From assembly GCA_016748015.1 (NCBI GenBank), contig JAAOMT010000139.1, positions 62,001-126,000 of the forward strand: a stretch of 64,000 bases of DNA, in the 5' to 3' direction. The translations under genes and the position numbers were made by a program. Below, in pieces: positions 1 through 13,329 of the stretch (within the stretch, counting starts at the first letter, position 1; every line of letters begins with the position of its first letter). The DNA comes from Geosiphon pyriformis uo1. Taxonomy: Eukaryota; Fungi; Glomeromycota. The notes beneath the pieces are model-generated. The model was not told where the DNA came from, did no database searches, and saw only the letters and a program-made list of their open reading frames with translations.

Positions 1-37
1 TTAAATCAATCACATAATTTGTCCTTTTTTTCTACAG

Positions 38-310
38 AATTATATTTAGCTGTCGGAATCAGTGGTGCCATACAACATATTGCTGGAATGAAAGATAGTA
101 AAGTAATCGCAGCTATTAATTCTGATCCCGAGGCACCCATATTCCAGGTTAGTCATTTAAGCACAATGAAGATATTTGATTTTTTAACGTATTCTTACTT
201 TAACTATTCTAACCCAATTCAATATTTTGGAGATCTCTGATTTTGGACTTGTGACCGATTTATTTACTGCTGTCCCAGAATTGATTGAGAAGCTAAAGAA
301 ATCAAAATGA
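38..310 (+). CDS. ETFA: Electron transfer flavoprotein alpha subunit, 3' exons (38-147 and 233-310); 5' part lies upstream of the window
   Basis: Exon 38-147 follows a polypyrimidine-TACAG acceptor and encodes [37 protein letters not shown], the FAD-binding C-terminal signature. Intron 148-232 has GTTAGT ... branch TTCTAAC ... GAG. Exon 233-310 encodes [25 protein letters not shown], matching the ETF-alpha end. Confidence 0.93.
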
Positions 311-659
311 TAGAATTTTCAATTTACAGCGCAAGCTCAAAAGATAATTTTTGCCAAAATTAATAATATTAAAGATATAATTAAAAAAAAAAGAATCGTC
401 CCTCACATTATTGTTATAATAATTTTTTAAAAAGCAATTTCATTATAATACGGGTGGACTGCTACGAAACCTGATAAACTGAATGTAACTATAAAATTTA
501 CAGGAGTTTATTTGTTTTGTTTGCTTTACTGCATTATTTATATTTATAATTTTTAGATTTAACAACATTTACCAAAATCAATGATCTTCATTTTCATTAG
601 CCTTAATCAACTCATTTTTTTCCCATATTCTCAATTTTGCTTAAAAGATTTGGATTTTT

Positions 660-1221
660 TTACAGTGTAGGGTAAAAAACATTTAAGCAAAATCCACTAT
701 TTTGCTATTAGCAATTTTAACAACAAAAACTTTATTATTAAATATCAAATGTTTTAATATCTTTATATTTTTCAAAATATTAAATGTGTTTAACCAATTT
801 GTTTTAACATTTCAATATTTTTTAATAATTTAACTTTTATTTTAAAATCAAATAAATTTGTTTTTTTACTATATTTAAAACATAAAATATTAAGATAATA
901 CTTATTAAAATATTTTTTTGTTTGTTGTCAGTAAAATTTTATGTGATTTTTTTATGTTGTATATTTAAAATTAACAGTTTTTTTGTTTATTAAATTTAAA
1001 TAAAAATTTTATAGTTAATAATATGTATTAAATTTTTGTTTAAAAGCTTTTTATTTTTATTTTGTATAATTTATTGTTTTGTACAATTTTTAACATAATT
1101 TATAATATTTTAAAATATTAAAACACCAAATTTATTAATAAAATAAAATATTATATATATTTTTTATTATTTTTATTATTTTTATTATTTATTATTATTT
1201 TTATTATTTATTATTTTTATT

Positions 1222-1264
<43 letters not shown>

Positions 1265-3320
1265 TTTAAATATTTTAATAAATATGATCTAATTATTATT
1301 TAGTTTATATAAATAAATAAATTATTTATAACTATATATAATTAATTACTCAAGTTAATTAAGATTATACTGTATATTTATATAAATATTAATATTGTTA
1401 TTTAATTTAAAAAAAAAAACACTTATTATACAAACCAAAACTAATTACAAAATCTTTAATAATATTAAATATATAAACAATTTTATAAAATAAATTATTT
1501 GGTAAATTACATAAACTATATAAAGCAAAATTATTATTATTAATTAAATTACTTTTTTTTATTACAATTTTATATTTAAATTTATATAACTATATTTTTT
1601 TTTGTAATCTAATATTAATTTTTATATACAAATAACCAAATATAAACAGACTAATTTAATATTTTTAAAAACTAATACAATTTTGGTAAACCAAACTTTA
1701 AAAACAAAATTTTTACAAAAAACAATATATAAAATATTATTAAAAACACAAAAAAAAATATTTGTAAAATTAAAAATAATAAAAACAATATACTTATAAC
1801 TTTTTTTTTATTTATTTATATTTTTATGTAAATTAAAGCATCTAACTTATATATAAAAACATAATTCAAAAATTTTATCTCTTTATAATAAAAACAAAAG
1901 ATATTAAAATATTATTTATCATATAAATATTTTTAAATTACAACAAATAATTATTTTTATTAAATAAATATATAAATTGAATATAAAACTTGTTAATAAA
2001 ACCAAAATACATATAAAAATTAAGATGTTAAACCAAAACAGTACAAATCTAATTTATATTTTTAATTATATTATTAATTATTATATTGATGATTTGGTTT
2101 TTTATTAAATATAATATATTAATACATATTATAAATAAAATATTAAGTATTATTAAAAATAATAATATTATTAATTTAAAAAAATTTTATAATTAAAACA
2201 AAGAAATATAAAAATAAATTTATTGTTAATAATATTAAAATAATCTTAAATTTTAAATTAAATAAAAATTTTTTTTTTTCAAATAGAATTTATAATCTGT
2301 TTTTTCTTTATTTAACAATAATTATAAAAATTAAACAATTTTAAAATAAACTTAGAAATATAAATATTAAAAATAAATTAACTGTTAAAATAAATTTTTA
2401 TTATATAAATATTAATATATATTTAAATATTAAAAAAATAGCTTATAATTTAGCCAATAATAATAAAATTAGACCAAAAATATAAATATCAATATTTATA
2501 TTTAAATTTTCAAAAAATGTTAAAACATTACTGATTATATTATATAAGTTTAAATTTTTTAATAAATTATTTGCAAAAAATTTTACAATTAGCAAATTTA
2601 TTTTTATTAAATATTTTTTAATTATAAAAAATAACTTAAATTATATATACTTTGACAATTAAAACAACAATTAGTAAATAAAACAATTATGTTTAAATTT
2701 TTAATATAAAAAAACTTAATAGTAATTTTAAATTAATAAGATATAAAACTCTTAAAATTTAGTTTTTTTAATAATAAAAAGTTTTTTAATCAAAAATAAT
2801 ATTATAATCCAAAAAATTTTAATTATTTTAACTAAAAAATTATTAATTAAATTGATTTTGAATTTAACAAAAAATTATAATAATTTTTTAAAAATCTAAT
2901 TTACAATTTACTAATCTAAAAAATAATAATTAAATAATCTATTAACAATACTTAAAATATTTAAAAAAGCCAATTTTATTCTTTTAAAGATTTTTAAATT
3001 ATATTAAAAAAAACAATGTAAAATTTTATTTAAAAAATTTTTTAAAAGATTAATTTTAAATTTAAGTTTTTTTAAATTATTATATTTTATTTATAATACA
3101 TATTTTCAAAAACAAAACTAAATTAAAATTTATAATTAACAATTAATTACAAAACAGTAAAAATTAAATGCAAAAATTATTTAATCAAAATAGTTTTCTT
3201 TAAAATTATATTAGTAAAAAATTTAATATTAAAATAAATTTTTGCTAAATTAAACTTAAAAAAATTATTTGTAAGATTTTTTTAGCAAATATAATTAATA
3301 AACAAAAATATAAATAAAAA
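660..3320 (+). pseudogene. Extremely AT-rich relic, possibly a fully mutated DNA transposon (CACTA/Plavaka-like transposase)
   Basis: Almost no G/C remains. Residual + strand peptides DFEFNKK..LQFTNL (~2854-2918) and TKLKFIINN*LQNS (~3117-3160) resemble G>A-damaged DFG...LQFGN and AGLG..GD.PQG motifs as I recall them from glomeromycete transposases. Very degraded. Confidence 0.3.
1162..1264. repeat. (TTA/TTTTTA)n microsatellite
   Basis: Imperfect then perfect (ATT)n run visible directly. Confidence 0.9.
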
Positions 3321-3321
3321 A

Positions 3322-4420
3322 ACTTCCTTCTTTTTTTTGTTCCAAATTTCCAAAAAAGAGTTAAAAAAGTTTTTTTGAAAGAAGTTTTTTACCATTTAGT
3401 ATAATAAATCTAAACTGTTTTTACTTGATTATAAGACCATTATTGGCCTTAGTATTATTGTTATGAAAAAAAACTGTTAAAAATTCTGGCTTTGGTAGTG
3501 GTTTTGAAGCTGTTTTATTAAGAAAAAAGAGGAGAAGTGGTGTTTTAAAAGATAGTATCAATGACAAAAAAAGTTCGGTTAAGATTTAAAGTAGTTATTT
3601 ATGAAGTTCAAAAACTAGTAATACCACCAAATCTGACAGTATTAATATAGAAGAAAAATATTCAATAGAAAAGACCAGTTTTGATTATAGTAAAAATAAT
3701 GTTCTTGTTTATAGAAATTTTGATCAGACACTTAAAGATTTACATGTTAAAATTAAGAAAGCATTGGGTAAGCCATCAGAAAAAATTAATTTCTCAGGTA
3801 GTAGTAATGATGATGAAAAATTTGGTTACTATCTCTGTTTGTAAATCTTTCACTTTGGATATTAGACTAAATAAAGTTACCAAAAAAACATTTCAAGAAA
3901 AATACATGATGATTAAGAAATTATTTTCAAGAATCAATAATTTTGGAGAGGTGTCTACTTCCTCAAAATTTGCTGGAATTATCAAAGCAATATTCACTTT
4001 TGAATCAAGTTTGACACAGGCTTCTAAAAAAACTACTAGTGCAAAGATTTTAATAAACACTAATCTTAAAAAATATGTCAGACATTCAGATTGGGCTGTG
4101 GTAATAAAAAAAATTCCAGTTGAAATATTGGCTGAGGCTATATGTGCTGTATTGTCTAAGTTTGAGATAATTAAGTTGATCAAAATGCAGTTAATAAAAC
4201 TCTAGTAGAAGGCTGTAGTTAAGTTTAAGCATTCAGATCATGCTGATTTAGTCATAGCCAAATGGTCTATCTTAATTAAAAAAAATGTTATACAAGTTGT
4301 CAGAACTAATTTGAACAAAGAAACATAAGACATAAGAAATTGTTATAAAATACTGCTCTATACTCTGCCAATAAGAATTAATGCTTATAACATATGGAAT
4401 TTTATTGGTTCTATTAATGG
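3322..4420 (+). mobile_element. LINE-1 segment 1: 5' UTR and N-terminal ORF1 (pseudogenised, ATG ~3463)
   Basis: ORF1-like peptide (…SDWAVVIKKIPVEI…LSKF…YTLPIRINAYNIWNFIGSING) is homologous to ORF1 at 45111-45503 and 63070-63468. The frame continues at 14238 as GKTCVI once element A and a 4-bp TSD are removed. Confidence 0.85.
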
Positions 4421-5389
4421 TGTTATTGGAGGTTTTTGGTCTCTTTTCTTGAATGTTGTAACTGTCTGTTGGTTGCAAATTCACGTTTTCTAGAAGTAGT
4501 TGAACCTCCAATAACTGAATTTATCTTCAAATTATCTCCTATAATTTGAACTGCTGGGCTTATAAGTGGAATGGCCAATTCCGTGCCAGTTGCTTTGTGT
4601 AGTTATGTTGTAGTAAATGTCAACTCTTTCCCAGGAATTGCTCATCTGGAAGCTTACTAAAAATGTGTAGTTACTTTGCTGTGAAAATCAACTCTTTTAC
4701 AGGAATCTCGTCTGTAGGCTACCCTAATAATTATAATAAGAAAAAAGAAAGAAAATAAAAGAAATGTAAAAGAAATAGAATTCTGTTAAAGAAAACGTTT
4801 TCTATCCAGGCCTGGAGTCACTAACAGTTTACTAAAATTGGTAGCTAATCAATTTCGAAATGTTAGTTGGGTTTTAGGGATTTTCCAAGTGCAATAATTA
4901 AAGAATTTGGTTTTTTAAATTATTTGATATTTATTTCTTTCTGTGTGTGTAGGAATGATTCTAAGTAATAAATTTAAAGTAAGATATATTTTCTTAAAGA
5001 GAAAAGCTCTTCTTTTATACAACTTGTTGTAGTACTAGTCTATGAACTTGCACTTTTTTCTTTGCTCAAATTTCGGCGAACTAAAGATATATTTTGATGA
5101 ACTACAAGTTATTTCACTGAACTATTAATTAATTTGGGTGAACTATTTATAATTTCAGCGAATTTTTGTAAATTTCGGCGAATTTTAGAATGTTACAAAG
5201 TTCAGAGTATTGTGTAATTTGATCATCCTACTTTCTGTTATACTAATTAGATTATTTTAATTGAATCGTGATATGTGATAATTGATTAAATAATAATGAT
5301 AATTTGAAATAATATTAATATACTAATTAATTATAGGAATTATAAGAGTAATTTCGTGCTAATTAATAGTTAAAATTCTACTGGTAACA
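4421..5389 (-). repeat. 3' LTR of element A (969 bp)
   Basis: Direct repeat of 13330-14233; TGTTA...TAACA termini; preceded on the minus strand by PPT GAGGAGAAGATTA (5390-5402). Confidence 0.95.
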
Positions 5390-6077
5390 TAATCTTCTCC
5401 TCAAGACTGAGCTCTGTCAAAATCCAAGCACTATCTGTAATATTGAGATAGTGATCCAAAATAATTGAAGTAATCTGGTCTGAAAATTGTTGAAATTTCA
5501 GTTCTATAAGCTTGCCAATGTATTGGACTTTCATTGGTTGCAGTATTGGATTTTGTAAAACATTTTCACAAGTATTAAACAAATCATAGAGTCTAAAAGC
5601 TGCTCTAAGTTTGTAGCGAGTGTTTGTTGATCCAGCTGCTGTTTTGAATTCATTATGGATTTGTTTTTGTATAGCTTCAGAAGTGAAATTTGTTGCTTCA
5701 AGTTCCAGTTTTCGTTCATAAAGTGTCTTTTCAATGTGAAAGTATTTATAAATAGGGGTGTGTTCATTGTTCTGTTCATTGAGAAGTGATAAAAGTTTTT
5801 GTTGCATTGTAGCATTTGGTGGAATGTCAATAGGGACAATTAAAAGATTTTCTTCCAGTGCTTGCTTCAAAAGTCTTGGTAACTTATTTTCAAAGTGACT
5901 TCTTGTTTTTCTTCTATAGGGGTGATAGTTTTGTGAATGATTTGCTACTGAGGCTGTGGTTTCCTTCTAAATGTAATTAATTTGACTTCCATTAATCGTT
6001 ATGGATAAGTCAGGAAGTGTTTTTAAGGCTAACATTAACTTTTGGGATATTTGTTAAATATTTCGAGAAATAATCAT
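5370..6077 (-). pseudogene. Element A 3' accessory ORF (ORF3, ~235 aa, unknown function)
   Basis: ATG at 6077 (MIISRNI*QISQKLMLALK...YHPYRRK) is in frame with ORF 5370-5870, with two C>T stops between them. Homologues in B, C and D. Confidence 0.85.
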
Positions 6078-6212
6078 GATAAAATTGACTAATTATGAAA
6101 AGAGAGAATAAAGAAAATTATTTTTGGAATATGGGGTTTTTTATTTGTTTTTGGGTTTGGGTGTTTTTGTAATTTATTTACTATTTTTGTCTTTGTGTTT
6201 TCATTGTAAAAT

Positions 6213-9200
6213 TTAAGTGTTCAAGTTTGGTTGTTGTTCTATTATAATTATTGGTTCTAAATTTCGGGGAATATCTTCAGGATTAATTAAAGAGGAATGT
6301 GTACCAATTTGTGGAATTAATGGTTCAAGATTGTTTCTAGAATAATAGTGTTTCAATCTGTCTCTATGTACAACTTTTGCTAGTATTTTGTCATCAAGTC
6401 TTAACTTGTATGATCCATTGCCTAGAATTTTGTGAATATAAAATAGTCCATCCTATTTGTTTTCAAATTTCTCACTCTATTGTTTTTCAGCCTTAGTTCT
6501 GTATAAGAGAACTTTATTTCCAACTTTAAATTCGTTGGTAATAGGTGGTAATTTGTTGTCATGTCTTTCTTTTTGTTGAGCTTGGGAATATTCAATATGA
6601 GTTGCTGCTATTCTTCTTTTTCCTTCCAGTGTACTAAAAAGAGTGTAGGCTCTTCTTTGGAGTGTTTCTTGAAAGTTTTCTTTATTGATTGGTTGTACTG
6701 AATATGTTTCTACTGTGAAATTAATTGGTAATATTGCTGTTCTTCTATAAGTAAGATCAAATGGTATGTGTTTCATAGTATCTTGTTTTAGTGTTCTGTA
6801 TACTAGTAACACTGATAAAATAAAGATATTTCATTCCTGCTCAAAGTTTGTTAAGACTTTGGCTAGAGATTCACATAATGTTCTATTAAAACGTTTTACA
6901 AGTCCATTTGTTTGAGGGTGATAAGATGATGATAGAGGTTTTTTGACTTTGAACCGTTCACAAATTTCTTGTATCAAGTTGTTTACAAAATGTGTTTCTT
7001 GATCAGATAAAAGTTCAATTGGGCATCTATATCTACAAATAATGTCTTCATAGATGAAATTTGCTACTGATTTTGCATCTGCTCTTTGGATGGCTTTAGC
7101 TTCAGACCATTTGGTAAGATAATTCACTGCAACTACAATATAATGATTTCCTTGGGTTATGATAGGTAATAGTCCGACTAAATCAATTCCAACTCTGTCA
7201 AAAGGTTGTCCAATTTTGATTGGATTTAAAGGTTCTGTGGGGTAAGTTCCTCCTCTTCTTTGACAATTATCACAAAATTCTACATATTGTCAAATGTTTT
7301 TTTGCATGTGAGGCCAAAAATAATGTTTAAAAGTTCTTTGAATTGTTCCATCTCTTCCCAAGTGTGCTGAAAAAGGATCTGTATACATGTTGTATAGAAT
7401 TGTTTCATTTTCATTTTCCTGTACTAATTTGAGTAGTTGGTTTGAGTTTTTACAATTTCTATAATATATTTTGTTATGGTGTATAAAATATTGTTTGGAT
7501 TGGTTTTGTACTCAATGTTTTTTACTTGGAGACCAATTTTCTGGCATGGTGAGAGTCTCCAAATAGTTTTTGATGTTGTTGTAGTTTTCTGGATTCATTA
7601 TTGTTGATCTTGTTGTTTGTTCTGCTGTTAAGTTTGTTGGTGTTTTGTTGGTGTTGATGTTGGTATTAGTATTGTCTCATTCTTGAGAGGCTATTAACAT
7701 TGATGTGTAGTTTTCCTGGTTTGTAATGTAGAATGTATCTGTAGTCTGCTAGGAAGTTATTCCATTGAGACTGTTTGGCACTTTGTTCAGTTTTCTTTTT
7801 ATTAAGCCATTTGAAACCAATATTGTCAGTTATTATGTCAAATTTTTTTCCATTCTTCAGGTATTGTTGAAAGTGTTTAAGAGCCCAGATGACTGCAGTG
7901 GCTTCCAATTCAGTTGAGCCATATTTGAGTTCTGTTGGCTTAAGTGTTCTGTTGGCATAGGCAATAACTTGTTCCTGGCCATTTTCATCCAATTATAATA
8001 AGATGACACCAAATACTATGTGTGAAGCATCAGTGGTTAATTAAAATCGTTTGTTGAAGTCTGAGTAAGCAAGAACTGAGGCTGTTGTCAATTTTGTTTT
8101 GAGAGTTTCAAAAGCTTTTTGTTGTTCTTCAGTCCATTTGTATGGTACGTTTTTGTTGGTAAAATAATTGAGTGGTTTGGCAATTTCTGAGAATTCTTTT
8201 ATGAATTTTCAATAGTAAAAGGCTAATCCTACAAATTTTCTTAGTTCTGTAGTATTTCTGGGGGTTTGAAAGTTTTTGACAGCACTGATTGTTCCTGGAT
8301 TTGGTTTAACTTTATCTTTACTAACTATGTGTCCAAGAAAGATCAAGCTTGTTTTTCCAAAGTGATATTTCTCAATGTTTAACTTTAATCCTGCTTTCCA
8401 TAATCATTGAAAAACTTCTTGCAGGTAAATGAAATGAGTCTCAAAGCTTGGTGAGTATACATCAGTATTATCAAGATAGACAACTACTGATTGCCACAAG
8501 AGCCCTTCATATACCACATCCATGAGTTGCTAGAATGTTGCTGGTGCATTGCAGAGTCCAAAAAGCATAACATTAAACTCATAGTTTCCTTCTTGGATGG
8601 TAAATGCTGTTTTGGGTCAGTCTTTTGGATCCATTTCGACTTGCTAGTATCTACTTTCTAAGTCTAAAGTTGAGAAGAACTTGGCTTTTCCTAGAGCATC
8701 TAGCATATCATCAATTCTTGGAAAAGGATAGACATCTCCAATTGTCACACTGTTCAATTGGCGATAGTCAACACAAAATCTGATTTTTCCATTTTTCTTT
8801 TTAATCAGGACTACTGGTAAAGCCTAAAGACTTCTTGATGGTTGAATCAATCCGTTATTGAGCATTCTCTGAACTTCTTCTCTGATGAATTGGTGGCTGG
8901 CCGGTGGCACTCTGTAAGCTTGCTGTCATTTTGGTAAAGCATCTCCTGTATGGATCTAATATTGAACCATATCCGTTTTTCCCAGGTCATTGTTGTCTTT
9001 TGCAAATATATCTGCAAATTCAGCTATCAATTGTTTCAATTGTCTTTGTTGTTAAGGTTCTAAGGGACCCATGTTGATTTGAGAGAGTTTTTTTTCTAAA
9101 AAGTGGTAGTTTTCAGTAGTGAGAATGATATTTGGATTTGGGAGTAGTATGTGCCTTACAATTTCGATGAAATTAGAGACAATTTGAGGGTTTTCATCTT

Positions 9201-12200
9201 GAAAAATATTGCTGTATATGATTTCAATCTCTAGTTTGTTTAATAAGATAATAGGGTAATTATTGGGGTTGTAGAATATAACTCAAAATTTTTTCATTCC
9301 TTTGGGAATATAAACGTTTGAAATTGAGATTTCATGCTTCAAACAGATTTGTTCATTGGATTCAAAGATTTGTTGTGTAGTGGTGGGTTTTAAGCAAGTA
9401 TAAATTTCATGATGTTCTTCAAAAGGTAAAATGGTAATTGGCTGGAGAAATTGAAGAATCTGGTGAGATTCATTTTGTGTATTTAGAGCTATGTTTACTG
9501 GAACTGTAAATCGTCTAGTTGAACCAAAATCTTGAGTTCCTCTTTCACTTTTTTCCAATTGTTCTCTGTTGTTTACTGATTGTAAATCCGAAATGTTGAT
9601 TAAGAGTAAGTAAATTGCTTGAGCAATTTTTTTAGCATGTTCAATCTTGAATGATTTGTCTGTTTCATTCTGTAACATGATAGTAATATCTCTGGTGTAT
9701 CCTGTATTTATAACTCCTCCTCTAATATTGATTTCTTTGCTTACCAATGATGATCTGGAGGCAATTTGAACCATTGCTCCTGGTAGAATTTCAAGAGCAA
9801 TTTTGAGATTGATTTTTGTCAAGGACTTTGGTTGGAGAACCAAAGTATCTTTTCCTGGGTATCTTAGGTCATATTCAGCATCAATTTCGTGTGCTTTTTC
9901 TGATTTCTTGGCCATAGTTGTCAAAATATTTAAGTTGTAGAGGTGGTTGTTTTTCAAAAAGATAGATAAGAGTGGTTGGTAGTTTTTCTACTAGTTCAGA
10001 TACTTCAAATTCGATTTCATTTTTATCATTCTCATTTGGCAGAGAAATGTTAAGAGCATAACATTCTAAATACTATTGGTCATCACAAGACATAACACAT
10101 TTTTCACACAATTAAATGTTCATTTGCTTTAATCATTGAATTTGAGCTTCTTTGGTCAGATATGTGTGGCTTGCAATTTGGTGGTAGGTTTTTACTTCAT
10201 CTTCATAATCAAATCCAGCTAATTCCATGGTATACTCAATATATTCAGCTTCTTTTATTTGGTGGACATCTTCTTGGGTGGCTCTATTGATCAATGTCAT
10301 TGCTAAGTCAAAAATCATTTCAGCATCATAAGGGTAGTGGTAAAGTTTATTGAGAGCACTGTTGTATACTGCATCAAATGGTGTTCCTCTTCTGACTTTT
10401 TCCAAAATTGATAGAACATATTGACAGGTTTGATCACATACTTCTCCTCTTATTGCTATATCAATCCAATTGCATTCTTTTGGTAGCATTTCTCCACATG
10501 TAAGGCAAGGTGTATTGTTTCATTTTCCACTTCTTTTTGAAGATCCAAATCATTCTCTATGACATGTTTTGCAAAAGTAACAGGTACAAGTTTTATATTC
10601 CTCTTCTGGAGAAATACATGCTCCCATTGATGAAAGTTTTTTGTTGTAATCTTTGCATTTGAATGGAATATAAGGTGGTTGTTTCCATGGTTCTGGTGTA
10701 GAATATCTAACTTTCTTCCATCCTTTTGATTCTTCAAAAATCTCTTGTTCTGTTTCCTCAGCCCAATTGGATAATAATTCAAGAGCCATGTAGGTTTTAG
10801 TAAGTGGCATTTCTTTCTTCTTTTCAAATTCAAATACTGGGGCTTTTTCTAATCATTTGTTAAAGGTATCACAGATTGCAAGTATTATGGTATATTGTTC
10901 TTGATATGAGATTTTAAGTTCTTAAGTTTCCCAGTTCAGATTTGCATTGGCCTTGAGAAACCAATCATTTTTGACTAGAGCTTGGTATTGGGGTGCATTC
11001 ATAACAAGAACTTTAACTAAAATGGTAATTCCATTAATTGTAAAAGAAAAATCATTAATTTCTCCTACTGGAGTCTTCTTCATATCATCAGCTGTGACAA
11101 TAACTGTTTGAGCTGGTCTGTCTACGTTTCATTTGAGTTGTTGCATCAGCTGGTAAGTGATGATATTTCCAGCCAATCCATTATTTAAGATTAAGTGAAT
11201 GGGTTTTTCTTCTACTGTAGCTTCTGTGTACATAGCAGTAATTGCTTTTTGTTCATTGACTGCTGCATTACTAAGCAGAAATGGTGATTTATTTGCTTCA
11301 AATTCAAATAGAAATATATCTGACAGATTGGGATTTTGGGCAATTTGAGCTGGTAAAATAATGTGGTTGGAAGGGTTTGATCTTGGTGCTACAACTTTAT
11401 CTTTAGAAAGTGCAGTTTGTTGAAAATCCGATTTCTCTGGTATTATAAGATAACTGGATTGAGTGTAATAGTGATTGGGTTTTTGCTGACCAGAATTTCA
11501 GGGAACCAACTGGTTATTTGGATTGATTCTGTTGTGGTTACTCTGCAATTGATTTTGGGGTGTGAATTGGTTATGTTGAACCAATCTTCTTGCTGGTACT
11601 TGATATTGTTGAGTGGGTGGTGTCTAATATGGCTGAATTGGTAAAGGTTGCTAATATTGTTGCTGCATTGGTTGTGGAGCTGGTGGATAGTAACTGTTTT
11701 GATTTTGTGGTCTTGGTGAATAATAGATTGGTGGTGGAAATTGGTAATAGAATTGTTGTGGTAAAGAGTAATATTGATTACTCCTGTTTTGTTGGTCTCT
11801 TTGTAATTTCCTACAATCTTGTTTCCAATGTCCTGGAATTCCATAATAATGACAATTTTAAGATTGGTTGTTGGACGGTGATCCAAAATTGTTTTGGTTG
11901 CATTGTTGTGGGAGTTGATATTTTTGTGATTGTTGTTGCTGTTGTTGTTGATTTGAAAGTAGCTTTCAACCTTTTTTGTAAGTTGGTCTATCTTTTCTTC
12001 AGCTGTTGAACTGGTTTCTTCAATTGCAAGGTTTACCAGCTTGGTGTGATTTGCTTCTTCCATTGCCATTTCATAGCTCTTTGCATGTCTAATAGCAGTT
12101 GCTAAGTCTGCTAGAGCATGTGGACAGACTTTCTTAATCAGTTTGGCTTTTAACCCTGCTATAAACTGATCCAGAATTTGAGCATCAGAATAGTAGTCAT

Positions 12201-13329
12201 TGGTTTCTAATTGTTGGATTTGTCTAAGAAGTTTGTTAAATCTTCCAAGATAGGTCATAACAGTTTCAGATGTTTCTTGTTTGATATTGCGAAAGTGGTT
12301 TCTGAGAGTGATAGAGATATTGTTGTCAGTGAATTGTTGTAGAAAAGCATTTTTGAATGCTTGCCAGTTTTCAAATGGTTCTTCTAAGTTTTCAAACCAT
12401 TTTTCTGCTGTTCCTTGAAGAAAGTAGGGAATTGTTTTGAGCATTCTTGCTGCGATCCAACCATTTACATCTTCTGCTTTTTGAACTTTGTTAAGCCATT
12501 CTTGAGCACTGGTATCATTGTCTTTACCAGTGAATTCTGGGATTTTTGCAATGTAAGCAGTTGCCATTTCTTCTTTGTTTTCTGTAATTTCTTCTGGTTC
12601 TGGTTCAGTTTCTTTACTTTCCAAGCTGTCTGAGTGATTACTTTTGTTTTCCTGTAAGTAATCAATGATATTGGCACTTGTTGATATTGGTTCCTGATGT
12701 TAAGTAGGATTTCTAGGTAACTGGAAATCTTCTGGTCTGGAAAAACGGTTAAGTGGTAAACTTGGTGTTTGTGGTTGAACAAGTGAAATTGGAAATGATG
12801 TAATAGAAAGTGGTAATTTGGCACTGGTTCCTTGTTCAGGTGTTTGCAAGTGTTTGGCAGTTGTCTTTTATAGTATTAGAGTATTTGGAGTGGTTCTTAT
12901 ATATTGCTTCAATCTTTGTTTGTCTTTGTTGCTTGTTTCTGTCTCTGATTCAAAGTCAAAAAAGTATTTAGACTGTACTGGGTATTTTTCTTTACAATAC
13001 TCAATAATGTTAAAATTAAGTTCTTGGAAGTAGGTAGCAAGTGTTTTACTGTTCAGGTCTTTTGTTCTTAATTGTGAGTAGTGCACTAAATTATTGTAGA
13101 GGTTGCTTCTAACTTCTAAAATGTTGTAGTTTCCAAAAAGATAATTGTTGATGCAGTTTTCAATGTATTGGTATACTGATTTCTTAACAACTTCAATTCT
13201 GTCTGGAATGTTGAATCTTTGCTTGCAGTGGGTGTAAATTGACTGGTAATATTCTAGAGTTGCTGTGTCTGGTGTGGTCACTACTTTGAATTTGTTGTTG
13301 CTGTGTTATTTCTGTGGGAGAGCACCAAA
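6213..13329 (-). pseudogene. Element A gag-pol polyprotein (many stops/frameshifts)
   Basis: Capsid IPEFTG..AQEWL..GW..WFENL (~12560-12050); degenerate CCHC (~11855-11812); protease LILNNG (~11200-11160); Cys-rich domain (~10660-10050); dUTPase RSSL/GVINTGYTRDI/RGTQDFGST (~9910-9520); RT YLDN (~8480); RNase H VIAYANRTL..ELEATAVIWAL; integrase LSDQ..HPQTNGLV and a C-terminal SH3-like region. Confidence 0.93.
13312..13327 (-). promoter_or_regulatory. Primer-binding site of A (TGGTGCTCTCCCACAG)
   Basis: Starts 2 nt after the 5' LTR end with TGG, complementary to tRNA CCA; same motif in C and D. Confidence 0.85.

Noticed and set aside
19-240. The 73-aa ORF as a complete gene
   Set aside because: It begins in an intron and reads into the next intron; the spliced ETFA model explains it.
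2840-2880. IDFEFNKK as a damaged protein-kinase DFG motif
   Set aside because: No recognisable HRD, APE or glycine-loop motifs at suitable spacing.
4272-4511. ORF MEVQLLLENV... (also 13193-13420)
   Set aside because: Alternative frame of the LTR end running into unrelated flanking sequence; chimeric.
5060-5190. Regularly spaced palindromic repeats, and the 51-bp array at 23.8 kb, as CRISPR-like arrays
   Set aside because: Eukaryotic context, no unique spacers of CRISPR length, no cas genes; they lie inside LTRs or transposon cargo.
11590-12009. Val-rich ORFs (also 33015-33350, 53478-53762, 17305-17562) that look like membrane proteins
   Set aside because: Antisense shadows of the CAA/CCA-rich gag linker.
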